From assembly GCA_037130335.1 (NCBI GenBank), contig JBAXTD010000002.1, positions 1-49,090 on the forward strand: DNA of 49,090 nucleotides. Direction: 5' to 3'. Numbering within the stretch: the stretch's first letter is position 1; each line of letters opens with the position of its first letter. This DNA is from a bacterium (GTDB taxonomy: Bacteria; Patescibacteriota; Minisyncoccia; Phycocordibacterales; UBA9973). This document shows positions 26,118 to 36,182 of the stretch, in pieces. Below the pieces are notes generated by a model. It worked only from the letters and a program-made list of their open reading frames with translations, ran no database searches and was not told the DNA's origin. A program made the translations under genes and the position numbers.

Positions 26118-26702
26118 ATGCACCATATTTACCATACCGAAGCATTTGTACTTCGAACCAGTCAGTCCGGAGAAGATTCCAAAATCATAACGCTGTATAC
26201 AAACGAACTCGGGCTCATTCACGCCAAAGCCCAAGGTATCCGCAAAATTTCTTCAAAACTGCGATTTACATTGCAGAATTTTTCGTATGCAAAAGTAGAT
26301 TTGGTTCGAGGAAAAGAAATTTGGCGCATTACGACTGCATCACCCATAGAATCAAACATGGATATTTTGTGTTTTCCGGAACGAGAAATAATCGTTGCAC
26401 ATGTGACATCGCTCGTGGCTCGACTTGTCGCAGGGGAGGAACGCAATGATGAAATTTTTGCAGCGCTCAAAAATATGTTTGAAATTTTGCGTTCAACGAT
26501 ATCTTTCGATGAAACATATTGCGCAAAAATTGAATTATTTTATGTTGCCAAAATTTTGATGTCGCTTGGATATATGTCGCGTTCAGTTCATGCACATATT
26601 TCACAAGAAAATCATGTGATACCAGAACATTTTGATGATTCCACGTATCGCAAAAAGCTCGTTAGTGAAATCAACGAAGCACTGTCGCTCAGTCAATTGT
26701 GA
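26118..26702 (+). CDS. recO: DNA repair protein RecO
   Basis: TEAFVLR...GEDSKIITLYTNELGLIHAKAQGIRKISSKLR OB-fold pattern; E...LMSLGY. Confidence 0.88.
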   Translation: MHHIYHTEAFVLRTSQSGEDSKIITLYTNELGLIHAKAQGIRKISSKLRFTLQNFSYAKVDLVRGKEIWRITTASPIESNMDILCFPEREIIVAHVTSLVARLVAGEERNDEIFAALKNMFEILRSTISFDETYCAKIELFYVAKILMSLGYMSRSVHAHISQENHVIPEHFDDSTYRKKLVSEINEALSLSQL

Positions 26703-26737
26703 TTTTATAAAAATTTTATTTGCGGTATACTTGCACT

Positions 26738-28663
26738 ATGACATCAAAACTAAATTCAAATGCTCCACATCGACTTGAAGATGAAGATAGTCGATTGTAT
26801 AGTCCAAATTCTGTAGGTCACAAAGAAAAACGTTTCGATACGCTTTTTCCAAAAAAGTTTTCGGTAAACAAAGATTGGGATCCGGTACAAAAGGGAATTG
26901 ACGGAACCAAAAAAGCGATTTCTCACCCCACATTTTTTAAAAAGTTTTTTATTTTTTCTCTCATTTTTGCACTTTTTGCAATCGGGGCTTCGGTGTTTAC
27001 TTTTTTGACGGGAGGTAACACAGTTTCAAATGACAATATTACACTCACGATTGGTGGTAATTCATTTACCCCGGGTGGAGATGAATTGCCGTTACAAATT
27101 TCAATCGAAAACAAAAATCCGACAGATCTAGAACTTGCAGATTTGTTTGTCGCGTATGATAAAGGTGGTGATTCTTCAAAAAGTTCACAGCACGTAAATG
27201 ATTTAAATGCCATTGGTACAATCTCTGCCGGGAAAACAGCAAAGAAAAATGTGTACGTCACACTTTATGGTGGCGAGGGCACAACACAAAATATTGATTT
27301 CACTTTGCAGTATCGTATTCATGGATCGAATGCAATTTTTGTAAAAAAGACATCTTTTCCTGTAACGATTAGTTCGGCGCCGATTGCACTTTCACTTGAT
27401 ATTCCCAAAAATGTTACACCCAATCAAAACATTTCATTTGTTGTGCATGTGCAATCAAACTCAAAGGCAATTATTCCTGATGCATTGTTGCATGTTGATT
27501 ATCCAAATGGATTTAATTTTATTTCTGCAGATCCTGCACCAAAGGCACTCAATAACGTGTGGGATTTAGGAAGTCTCAATCCTGGCGACAAGCACGATGT
27601 GACAATTACTGGAACCGTGTATGGTCAGGATGGTGAAGATCGTGCATTTCATGTTTCGATTGGATCACCAAGTGCAGGTGATACTACCGCGATTGGTTTG
27701 ACATACAATTCGCTTGCACAAATTGTTTCACTGGTGAAGCCATTTGTTTCTGCAACACTTGCGATTAATGGTTCGAGTGCAGATACCGTTTCGGTACCAA
27801 GCAACAGTACGGTAAATGTAAAAGTTAATTGGGCAAATAATCTGACAAATCTCATAACCGACGCAAAGATTGTAGTAACGCTTTCGGGTAACGCACTCGA
27901 TCCTGTAAAAGTTTTTTCAACGAAAGGTTTTTATGATTCAATCAAAAAAACAATTACATGGGATCGCACCAATGATACCGATTTGGCATCAATTCAACCA
28001 TCAGACACAGGAAGTGAAGATTTTTCTTTTGATGTTCCGCCGCTTATTTCTCCAAAAGGTGTTTTGACAAATCCTACAGTAAATATGTCTGTAAGTATTG
28101 CAGGCAAGCAACCAGATATTGGCGGAGTTGTAAGTCAGGTGACAGATTCTGAAACCAAAAAGGCAGTAGTGAGTTCTGATTTGGGATTTTCTGTTGGCGC
28201 GTTTTATAAATCAGGAGTATTTACAAACACTGGACCAATTCCTCCCAAAGCAAATACACCAACGACGTATACAATTACATGGACGATTACTAATTCAGCA
28301 AATACACTTTCGGATGCAGTTGCTTCTGCAACATTGCCAACATATGTTGATTGGATGAGTTCATATTATCCGACAAATGACGGGCTTTCGTATGACGATA
28401 CGACTCGTTTGGTAACATGGAAAATGGGACAAGTAGTTTCGGGTACAGGATTTTCTGGAAACCCTCGCACTGTTTCTTTTCAAGTTCGACTCAATCCATC
28501 AACTTCACAAATTGGAAGTGTTCCAAAATTAATTCTCGATACATCGGTATCTGCACAAGATACGTTTACCGGTGAGACACTTTCTGCTACTAAACCAGCG
28601 CTAAATACACGTTTGCAAAACGATTTGAATTTTCCGTATGATGGGGAAAAGGTTGTAAATTAA
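26738..28663 (+). CDS. Membrane-anchored protein with tandem Ig-like (DUF11-like) beta domains
   Basis: One TM segment (FFIFSLIFALFAIGASVFTFL) followed by repeated beta-rich units (VWDLGSLNPG, ITWDR, VTWKMGQV). Start at ATG 26738, 6 nt after TATACT. Confidence 0.7.
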   Translation: MTSKLNSNAPHRLEDEDSRLYSPNSVGHKEKRFDTLFPKKFSVNKDWDPVQKGIDGTKKAISHPTFFKKFFIFSLIFALFAIGASVFTFLTGGNTVSNDNITLTIGGNSFTPGGDELPLQISIENKNPTDLELADLFVAYDKGGDSSKSSQHVNDLNAIGTISAGKTAKKNVYVTLYGGEGTTQNIDFTLQYRIHGSNAIFVKKTSFPVTISSAPIALSLDIPKNVTPNQNISFVVHVQSNSKAIIPDALLHVDYPNGFNFISADPAPKALNNVWDLGSLNPGDKHDVTITGTVYGQDGEDRAFHVSIGSPSAGDTTAIGLTYNSLAQIVSLVKPFVSATLAINGSSADTVSVPSNSTVNVKVNWANNLTNLITDAKIVVTLSGNALDPVKVFSTKGFYDSIKKTITWDRTNDTDLASIQPSDTGSEDFSFDVPPLISPKGVLTNPTVNMSVSIAGKQPDIGGVVSQVTDSETKKAVVSSDLGFSVGAFYKSGVFTNTGPIPPKANTPTTYTITWTITNSANTLSDAVASATLPTYVDWMSSYYPTNDGLSYDDTTRLVTWKMGQVVSGTGFSGNPRTVSFQVRLNPSTSQIGSVPKLILDTSVSAQDTFTGETLSATKPALNTRLQNDLNFPYDGEKVVN

Positions 28664-28670
28664 TACTTTC

Positions 28671-28705
28671 AAATGCGGCGCCCCGCAAAGCGGGGCGCCG
28701 CATTT
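28671..28705. terminator. Perfect 16-bp GC-rich inverted repeat, intrinsic terminator
   Basis: AAATGCGGCGCCCCGC-AAA-GCGGGGCGCCGCATTT. Confidence 0.8.
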
Positions 28706-28754
28706 TGCTACCTATTTTGCCGTAATCTCCAGAAAATGCTACCCTACATAGAGT

Positions 28755-30113
28755 ATGAATAATATCGAACAAGATAACCTTATGGAAAAACTCCAATCCC
28801 TCGCAAAGCGCCGGGGCTTTATTTATCAAGGTTCAGAAATCTACGGAGGCCTCGCCGGCACATGGGATTATGGTCCACTTGGAGTGGCACTCAAAAATAA
28901 TATCAAAGAAAGTTGGCGCAAAAAATTTGTCTCATCGCGTACAGATATGTATGAAGTTGATGCGGCGATTCTCATGAATTCAAAAGTTTGGGAAACATCA
29001 GGACATGTGAATACTTTTTCTGATCCACTTGTTGAGTGTCCGAAATGTAAAAATCGTTATCGAGAAGATCAGGTTGAAAAATCTGCTGATGGATTCCTGC
29101 ATTGTTCTAATTGTGATGAATTACTTGGTCCACCTCGTCAATTCAACATGATGTTTGCGACAAAAATCGGCGCAATGGAAGATAGTGCCTCGACTGTATA
29201 TCTCCGTCCCGAAACTGCACAAGGAATTTTTGTAAATTTCAAAAACATCGTTGATTCATTCCATCCAAAGCTTCCGTTTGGAATTGCGCAGATTGGAAAG
29301 GCGTTTCGAAACGAAATTACACCGCGTGATTTTATTTTTCGTGTACGTGAATTGGAGCAAATGGAAATTGAATATTTTGTGAACCCAGCAGAGTGGGAAA
29401 AATATTTTGAGTATCTCAAAGACGAAATGATTGATTGGATGGGTGTAATCGGTATCAATACTGACAAAGTTCATGAATTAAATGTTGCCAAAGAAGATCT
29501 CGCTCATTATTCTGATCGCACAATCGATTTTGAATTTGATTTTCCATTTGGACGAAAGGAATTATATGGTCTCGCATATCGCACCGATTATGACCTTTCC
29601 AAACATAGCGAAGGCTCAACAATTTCGCTTGCATATCAAGACGAAGAATCAAAAACAAAATTTATTCCACACGTAATCGAACCATCGTTTGGTGTCGATC
29701 GCACAGTGCTCGCGCTTCTCGCATCAGCGTATACTGAGGATAGTCCTACTGAAGGCGAGAGTTTGGAAACACGCGTGTATCTCAAATTCAAACCATCAAT
29801 CGCACCAGTTATTTGTGCCGTATCTCCACTTCTCAAAAACAAACCAGAACTTGTCGACAAGGCAAAGTTTGTATTTGGAATGCTCAAATCAGAATTCGGT
29901 CGCGTGATGTGGGACGACAATGGCAACATCGGCAAACGATACCGCCGCCAAGACGAAATCGGTACACCATGGTGCATCGTCATTGACTTTGATACCTTGG
30001 GCGAAGGCGGTGGAGAAATGAAAGATACCGTCACAATCCGCGATCGCGATACGGGTAATCAAGAACGCGTCGCAATCACTGATTTGATTTCAAAAATTAA
30101 AGAACAACTCTAA
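28755..30113 (+). CDS. glyQS: Glycine--tRNA ligase, homodimeric (alpha2) type
   Basis: KRRGF...SEIYGG, YLRPETAQGIF, GKAFRNEITPR..FR.RE.EQMEIEYF, PHVIEPSFGVDR, IGKRYRRQDEIGTP. Confidence 0.97.
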   Translation: MNNIEQDNLMEKLQSLAKRRGFIYQGSEIYGGLAGTWDYGPLGVALKNNIKESWRKKFVSSRTDMYEVDAAILMNSKVWETSGHVNTFSDPLVECPKCKNRYREDQVEKSADGFLHCSNCDELLGPPRQFNMMFATKIGAMEDSASTVYLRPETAQGIFVNFKNIVDSFHPKLPFGIAQIGKAFRNEITPRDFIFRVRELEQMEIEYFVNPAEWEKYFEYLKDEMIDWMGVIGINTDKVHELNVAKEDLAHYSDRTIDFEFDFPFGRKELYGLAYRTDYDLSKHSEGSTISLAYQDEESKTKFIPHVIEPSFGVDRTVLALLASAYTEDSPTEGESLETRVYLKFKPSIAPVICAVSPLLKNKPELVDKAKFVFGMLKSEFGRVMWDDNGNIGKRYRRQDEIGTPWCIVIDFDTLGEGGGEMKDTVTIRDRDTGNQERVAITDLISKIKEQL

Positions 30114-30127
30114 AAAATAAATTAAAA

Positions 30128-31405
30128 ATGAAATTCACAAAAACAAAATTAAAAAATGGGTTACGGGTTATTACTGTGCCGATGAAAGATAATCCCACAG
30201 TGACCGTGCTCGTGCTCGTGGAAACTGGTTCGAAATATGAGACGAAAGCCAAGAATGGAATTTCACACTTTCTCGAACACATGTGCTTCAAGGGTACGGA
30301 AAAGCGCCCGACTGCACATTCGATTTCCTCAGAACTTGATCGCTTGGGTTCACAGAGTAATGCGTTTACGAGTCAGGAATACACCGGATATTATGCAAAA
30401 AGTGATTCCAAAAATTTCAAAAAAGTTTTTGATATTGTATCTGATATTTATCTCAACTCTACATTTAACGAAGCAGAAATAGAAAAGGAAAAGGGTGTGA
30501 TTGTGGAAGAAATAAATATGTACGAGGATATGCCTCAACAGCAAGTGCAACAAGCATTTGTAAGTTTGCTTTACGGTGATCAACCAGCCGGATGGAATAT
30601 TACAGGTACACGAGAAAACGTACGCGCAATGACACGCAATGATTTCGTCGCATACAAAAAAGCACACTATGTACCAAGCGCAACGACCGTAGTTGTTTCT
30701 GGAAATATAAAAGAAAAAGAAGTCGCGCAAGAAATCGCACGAGTATTTGGCGCGATTAAATCATCTCCAAAGGCTTCAAAAAAAGAAACCACAAGTCGCC
30801 AAAGCAAACCAGCAGTTGCAATTAAATTTAAAAAGACTGATCAAACGCATGTGGTCGTCGGAGTGCGCACATTTGATGCGTATGACAAACGATTGCCAAC
30901 ACTTTCTGTACTTTCTACAATTTTGGGCGGGGGAATGAGCTCTCGACTTTTTGTAAAACTTCGTGAGGAGCTCGGTGTGGCATATTATGTACGCGCTATG
31001 AATGACAATTCTACTGATCATGGATTTTTTGAAATCTCGGCTGGTGTTGCAAATGATAGAGTGAATGAAGTAATTCGTGAAATTATTTTGGAGTGCAAAC
31101 GTCTTATGACAGAAATTGTACCGAAGGAGGAAATCGAAAAAGCACAAGAATATTTATTGGGAAACATGAAATTAGAACTCGAATCGTCTGACGCATGGGC
31201 AAGCTATGTGGGCGGACAGGAAATGCTTCACAAAAAAATTGAATTACCTGAGGAGATTGAAAAGAAAATTCGCAAAGTAACAGGAGCTCAAATTCAAGCG
31301 CTAGCCAAAGAAATTTTTGTTGATCGCAGTCTCAATTTGGCGCTTGTGGGTCCATTCCAAAACGAATCTGAGTTTGTTTCCAAACTGACATTCAAGGTGG
31401 TATAA
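30128..31405 (+). CDS. M16 (pitrilysin-like) zinc peptidase
   Basis: GISHFLEHMCFKGT inverted zincin motif, NAFTSQEYTGYY, LGGGMSSRLF..LREELG.AY. Confidence 0.94.
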   Translation: MKFTKTKLKNGLRVITVPMKDNPTVTVLVLVETGSKYETKAKNGISHFLEHMCFKGTEKRPTAHSISSELDRLGSQSNAFTSQEYTGYYAKSDSKNFKKVFDIVSDIYLNSTFNEAEIEKEKGVIVEEINMYEDMPQQQVQQAFVSLLYGDQPAGWNITGTRENVRAMTRNDFVAYKKAHYVPSATTVVVSGNIKEKEVAQEIARVFGAIKSSPKASKKETTSRQSKPAVAIKFKKTDQTHVVVGVRTFDAYDKRLPTLSVLSTILGGGMSSRLFVKLREELGVAYYVRAMNDNSTDHGFFEISAGVANDRVNEVIREIILECKRLMTEIVPKEEIEKAQEYLLGNMKLELESSDAWASYVGGQEMLHKKIELPEEIEKKIRKVTGAQIQALAKEIFVDRSLNLALVGPFQNESEFVSKLTFKVV

Positions 31406-31412
31406 TATACGC

Positions 31413-32417
31413 ATGGAAAGCGATCGAACACTAAAAATCAGTACCAAAAGCGTTGTGTATGCTGTGCTTGTGGTTGCACTTCTCGCGTCACTTTATTATA
31501 TCCGGGAGCTTGTGTTTATTTTTCTCACATCGGTTGTGGTGGCGTCATTTGTGGAATCTGGTGTGCGTAAATTCAAAATTCACGGAATCGGACGTACGTT
31601 TGCTGTGATATTTATTTATTTCCTCGTCCTCACGATTTGTGGAGTGCTCATGTATTTATTCGTTCCAATTTTCTTGGAACAAATGTCTCAGTTTTCTGGA
31701 TTTTTTGCTAAATATCTCCCAGATTCGACAGCACTTATTGATCAATCTCAATTCTCTGGAATGTTTGCAAACTTTCAAAATATTGCATCGAGTGCCTCAG
31801 GCGGAGTGCTCCAAGTTGCGATTGCAATCTTTGGAGGCGTGTTTAACTTTGTTATTTTGATCGTGCTTTCTTTTTATCTTTCAATTAATGAACGTGCAAT
31901 CGAAACATTTTTGCGAATCGCAAGTCCAGAAAAAAATGTTGAAAAAGTTGTTGGAATTTGGAAGCGTACACAACGCAAAATTGGCTTGTGGTTTCAGGGA
32001 CAATTATTACTCGGACTTTTGGTGGGCGTACTCATATATCTCGGGCTTTTGATTTTTAATATTAAATATTCATTTTTGCTCGCGCTTGTGGCAGCAGTTT
32101 TGGAACTTATTCCATTTGGAATTATCCTCGCGGCGTTACCAGCGATTGCTTCGGGATTTTCGAGTCACGGATCTACTGGTGCATTTGAAGTATTTGGTCT
32201 CTATCTCATCGTTCATGAGTTTGAAATTAATCTTATTTCACCGCTTATTGTGCAAAAGGTTGTCGGGATCTCATCACTCGTTGTTATTCTTTCAATTCTC
32301 ATTGGTTTAAACCTTGCTGGGTTTTGGGGTATTATCCTTGCGATTCCAGTGTCGGTATTTCTCATGGAGCTTTTTGAGGAAATTAAAAAACAAAAAGGTA
32401 TTACTGATTACGAATAA
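31413..32417 (+). CDS. AI-2E family transporter
   Basis: Multi-TM; WFQGQLLLGLLVG, ELIPFG, EINLISPLIVQKVVGISSL, GIILAIP. Confidence 0.9.
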   Translation: MESDRTLKISTKSVVYAVLVVALLASLYYIRELVFIFLTSVVVASFVESGVRKFKIHGIGRTFAVIFIYFLVLTICGVLMYLFVPIFLEQMSQFSGFFAKYLPDSTALIDQSQFSGMFANFQNIASSASGGVLQVAIAIFGGVFNFVILIVLSFYLSINERAIETFLRIASPEKNVEKVVGIWKRTQRKIGLWFQGQLLLGLLVGVLIYLGLLIFNIKYSFLLALVAAVLELIPFGIILAALPAIASGFSSHGSTGAFEVFGLYLIVHEFEINLISPLIVQKVVGISSLVVILSILIGLNLAGFWGIILAIPVSVFLMELFEEIKKQKGITDYE

Positions 32418-32432
32418 TTTATACATACAACA

Positions 32433-33986
32433 ATGGCAAAAAATTTTTATATTACCACCACGCTTCCGTACGTAAACGCAGATCTACATATGGGTCATGC
32501 GCTTGAGTTTGTGCGTGCTGATGTAGTAGCGCGATATCATGCAAAAAAGGGTGATGATGTGTTTTTTAATACCGGCACAGATGAGCATGGAATGAAAATT
32601 TTTGATAAAGCAAAATCGCTCGGCAAAACTCCACAAGAGTTCACTGACGAAGGATTTGAACATTTCAAAAACTCTGTAAAAATTTTTGGTTTATCAGAAA
32701 ATATTCATTATATCCGCACAACAGACAAACACCACGAGGAGGCAGCGCAAGAATTTTGGCGCCGTGTTTTCAAAAACGGGCATATCTACAAAAAAAATTA
32801 CGAGGCAAAATACTGTGTCGGTTGTGAAAGTGAAAAGACGGATTCAGAACTCGTTGATGGCCATTGTCCAGATCATCCAACACAACCGATTACCACAATC
32901 TCCGAAGAAAATTATTTCTTTCGCATGTCGGCATTTCAAAAAAAGTTGCTTGATTTTTATGCAACTAATTCATCTTTTGTTGTACCTGATTTTCGATTCA
33001 ATGAAGTGCGCGCGTTTGTTATGCGAGGACTCGAAGACTTTTCTATTTCTCGTTTGAAAGAAAAGATGCCGTGGGGAATACCAGTGCCAGGCGATGACGC
33101 ACATGTGATGTATGTGTGGTTTGATGCACTTACAAATTATATTTCCACACTTGGCTGGCCGAAAGACGAGAGTGGTGATTTCAAAAAATATTGGGAAAGT
33201 GGTACACCTACACAATATTGTGGCAAGGACAATACACGTTTCCAAGCAATCGTGTGGCAGGCAATGCTTATGGCAGTCGAAGTTCCAAATTCACACAAGG
33301 TTGTTGTGGATGGATTTATTTTGGGTGAAGGTAATGTAAAAATGTCTAAAAGTATTGGTAATGTAATTGACCCCAAAGATATTGTTTCTGAATATGGCAC
33401 TGATGCATTACGACTTTTTTTACTCAAAGAAGTTTCAAATTTCGAGGACGCAGTCTTTACTAAGGAACGTTTCAAAGAAACGTATAATACAAATTTTGCA
33501 AACGGAATTGGTAATCTCTTGTCTCGCACACTTACCATGACTGATGCGTTTGGTGGGGAAATTAATCAACATGAGCCTGTAATCCTCTCATATGAGGTGC
33601 ATGGATTTAGTGTTGTCGAAAAAGTAGAAGACTTTTCTGTGGAGCGATATGTGAATGAAACAACAATTCCCAAATACGAAACATGTTTTGAAAATTTTGA
33701 GATTGCAACTGCACTTGCAGGTGTGTGGGAACTTATTGGACTTCTTGATCGTTTGATTGCACGCACAGAGCCATTTAAATTAGTCAAAAATCCAGATACA
33801 AAACTCCAAGCGGAAGCAATTTTGTATGATATTATTTCTGGACTTGTAGTAATCGCAGATTTACTCGATCCCGTATTGCCAGAAACTGCAAAAATTATGC
33901 ATGAACATTTGGGAACATACGATTCAATGCGACCTGCAAAGTTTGTTGTCAAAAAAATGAGTGCGCCACTTTTTCCGAGAAAATAA
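32433..33986 (+). CDS. metG: Methionine--tRNA ligase (short form, no C-terminal tRNA-binding domain)
   Basis: [28 protein letters not shown]...[32 protein letters not shown]. Confidence 0.97.
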   Translation: MAKNFYITTTLPYVNADLHMGHALEFVRADVVARYHAKKGDDVFFNTGTDEHGMKIFDKAKSLGKTPQEFTDEGFEHFKNSVKIFGLSENIHYIRTTDKHHEEAAQEFWRRVFKNGHIYKKNYEAKYCVGCESEKTDSELVDGHCPDHPTQPITTISEENYFFRMSAFQKKLLDFYATNSSFVVPDFRFNEVRAFVMRGLEDFSISRLKEKMPWGIPVPGDDAHVMYVWFDALTNYISTLGWPKDESGDFKKYWESGTPTQYCGKDNTRFQAIVWQAMLMAVEVPNSHKVVVDGFILGEGNVKMSKSIGNVIDPKDIVSEYGTDALRLFLLKEVSNFEDAVFTKERFKETYNTNFANGIGNLLSRTLTMTDAFGGEINQHEPVILSYEVHGFSVVEKVEDFSVERYVNETTIPKYETCFENFEIATALAGVWELIGLLDRLIARTEPFKLVKNPDTKLQAEAILYDIISGLVVIADLLDPVLPETAKIMHEHLGTYDSMRPAKFVVKKMSAPLFPRK

Positions 33987-33991
33987 AATCT

Positions 33992-34783
33992 ATGGAACCG
34001 AAATATTTTGATATTCACTCCCATGTTCAGTTTGATGCATATGATACAGATCGCAATGACGTGATTGCTCGTGCACATGATGCTGGTGTTCATATGATGA
34101 ATGTCGGTACACAAAAAGATACATCAATTATGGCAGTTGAATTAGCAGAAAAATACCACAGCGAGGGCGACGGCGGCGTGTACGCCGCCGTCGCCCAGCA
34201 TCCTACCTGTATCGAAGAAACTTTCGACCCAGAATTTTATGAATCTCTCGCGCGCAAAGACGTGGTCAAAGCCATCGGTGAATGCGGGCTCGATTATTTC
34301 CGCCTGGAAGAGGGTACTATCGAATTACAAAAAAAGATTTTTGTACAGCATATCGAGCTCGCCAACAAAGTGAACAAGCCACTCATGCTCCATATTCGAA
34401 ATGGTGAAGGTAATGCGAATGCGTACCAAGATACGATCGATATTTTGAAACAGTACGCTCGAGTCAAAGGTGATGTACATTTTTTTGCTGGAGACTGGGG
34501 GATTGCACAACAATTTTTGGAATTAGGATTTACACTTTCGTTTACCGGAGTGCTTACGTTTACCAAAGACTATGACGAAGTCGTACGCAACATTCCGCTT
34601 GATATGATTATGTCGGAAACTGATTGTCCGTACATCACACCCACACCTTTTCGTGGTAAACGTAACGAACCAATGCACGTACGCGAAGTCGTAAAGGCAA
34701 TCGCCCGAATCAAAGATGAAGACGAAGAAAAAGTCCGCGCGCAATTGGTTGCTACAGCCAAAAGAGTTTTTAAATTTAAATAA
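33992..34783 (+). CDS. tatD: TatD-family hydrolase
   Basis: DIHSH, IGECGLDY, KPLMLHIR, GDVHFF, MSETDCPY; metG-tatD adjacency. Confidence 0.94.
   Translation: MEPKYFDIHSHVQFDAYDTDRNDVIARAHDAGVHMMNVGTQKDTSIMAVELAEKYHSEGDGGVYAAVAQHPTCIEETFDPEFYESLARKDVVKAIGECGLDYFRLEEGTIELQKKIFVQHIELANKVNKPLMLHIRNGEGNANAYQDTIDILKQYARVKGDVHFFAGDWGIAQQFLELGFTLSFTGVLTFTKDYDEVVRNIPLDMIMSETDCPYITPTPFRGKRNEPMHVREVVKAIARIKDEDEEKVRAQLVATAKRVFKFK
34165..34196. repeat. Perfect GC-rich palindrome inside tatD
   Basis: GGGCGACGGCGGCGT-GT-ACGCCGCCGTCGCCC (15-bp arms). Confidence 0.9.
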
Positions 34784-34788
34784 AATTT

Positions 34789-35451
34789 ATGAAAGAAAAC
34801 AAATTTTATTTTATACACGAAACGTGGACCAAAATTTTTGTTAATTATCTCGGTCAAATTCGCCTATACTCACTTATTGATTTGATCTTACTTCTCGTCG
34901 CAGCACGTGCTGGTATGTATGACATCGTCGGTGTATTGTGTTTGCATCTTGGATTTGTCGCATATTTAGAAAACAGTCACGCTCGTTCATATCGCGAAAT
35001 TGTGCCGAGTTGGGTATGGATTACGCTTGCACTTGTGGGGGTACTTTTTTACTCACATATGGAATTTTTTTCATTTCTTCTTTTTAGCTTTTTGTACGTA
35101 AATAAAAATAATGCTAAATGGGGATATTTCTCACCGTTTTTTCGTGGCTTGCAAAACTTTTTCTTGATTGCAGGAATCGTGGGCTATCGAAGTTACCTGC
35201 CGTTTATCGTGCTCTTTGTCATGATTCTACGAAATTTTGCAGGGGATTTGCGTGACGTAGAAAAGGATACTAGAGATGAAATGAAAACTCTGCCGACAAT
35301 GCTTGGGTTCAAAAAAAATATCAGATACGGACATCTCGCAATGGTCCTCGTCTCCACAGCAATTTGGTGGCATTTCGCAGGGCTTTCAATATACATGCTC
35401 GCCATAGTCCTCGCCTTCGAAATCGGAACGTACTGGATTACGCCGAGGTAA
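34789..35451 (+). CDS. Membrane protein, short UbiA-prenyltransferase-like
   Basis: Multi-TM; NFAGDLRDVEKDTRDEMKTLPTMLG resembles the second Asp-rich UbiA motif. The first Asp-rich motif is not recognisable. Confidence 0.55.
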   Translation: MKENKFYFIHETWTKIFVNYLGQIRLYSLIDLILLLVAARAGMYDIVGVLCLHLGFVAYLENSHARSYREIVPSWVWITLALVGVLFYSHMEFFSFLLFSFLYVNKNNAKWGYFSPFFRGLQNFFLIAGIVGYRSYLPFIVLFVMILRNFAGDLRDVEKDTRDEMKTLPTMLGFKKNIRYGHLAMVLVSTAIWWHFAGLSIYMLAIVLAFEIGTYWITPR

Positions 35452-35459
35452 AATATTAT

Positions 35460-35604
35460 TTGCCCAATTTAATCATTTGTGTTAGTATCAAAGCGTCTTG
35501 TTCGATAGGGTACTGAAACCCTATTGCATGGTCCGAGATAAGACAAAAGGCTGTTTTGGCCTTATTTATAAGCATTTTGGTGGCATTCTGCCACAAATTA
35601 TTAC
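35460..35604 (+). promoter_or_regulatory. rpsF promoter and ~110-nt structured leader (candidate S6:S18 autoregulatory RNA)
   Basis: TTGCCC (35460-65), 17 nt, TAGTAT (35483-88) with TG. Helices GTCTTGT/ATAAGAC, ATAGGG/CCCTAT, AAGGC/GCCTT and GTGGCA/TGCCAC. Confidence 0.65.
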
Positions 35605-36120
35605 ATGGACGAAGTATTACACGTAGAGAAATCTGAGAACGGAATTTACGAACTCGGTTTCTTATTGGTTCCTGGTATTACAGAAGAAAAACTTGCGGAA
35701 GTTTTTGGTGAAATCAAAAACGTAACAAGTGATTTGGGAGGAGTTGTGTTTGCGGAAGAATTTCCAAAAATGATAACACTCGCATACACGATGGAAAAAA
35801 CCATCAACAACAAAATTGAGCGCTTCAAAGAAGGCTGGTTTGGTTGGGTAAAGTTTGAAATGGTTTCAGGTAATGTTAACACTCTCGATGCAAAAATGCG
35901 CTTGCGTGTAGACGTTATTCGACACCTTTTGATTAGTACTGTTCGCGAAAACACTGTTGCATCAAAGCGTGTTCCAGGAAATCGCCGCACAGTTACAAAG
36001 GGTGACGAAAAAGAATCTGGTGTGCCAGAAATGTCAAAAGAAGAAATTGATCGCGAGATCGAAGCACTTGTGACAGACAAGGCTCCAGAGGCAGTTGTAG
36101 AAGCAGAAAAAGAGGTATAA
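35605..36120 (+). CDS. rpsF: 30S ribosomal protein S6 with C-terminal extension
   Basis: YELGFLLVP, LAYTMEK, EGWFGWVKF, VIRHLLI; first gene of rpsF-ssb-rpsR. Confidence 0.92.
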   Translation: MDEVLHVEKSENGIYELGFLLVPGITEEKLAEVFGEIKNVTSDLGGVVFAEEFPKMITLAYTMEKTINNKIERFKEGWFGWVKFEMVSGNVNTLDAKMRLRVDVIRHLLISTVRENTVASKRVPGNRRTVTKGDEKESGVPEMSKEEIDREIEALVTDKAPEAVVEAEKEV

Positions 36121-36182
36121 TTGATTTGTATCAATTACTAATAATAATTCCTACTGCACTATGGTAGGAGAAGTAAAAAAAT

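Noticed and set aside
28741-28754. T-box leaders for glyQS, argS or metG
   Set aside because: There is no room upstream and no GGTGGNACC motif; only ileS has one.
36121-36182. SD-sequestering hairpin before ssb (TCCTAC/GTAGGA)
   Set aside because: The stem is short, AGGAG is 11 nt from the ATG, and other genes show no SD use; support is too weak to call.
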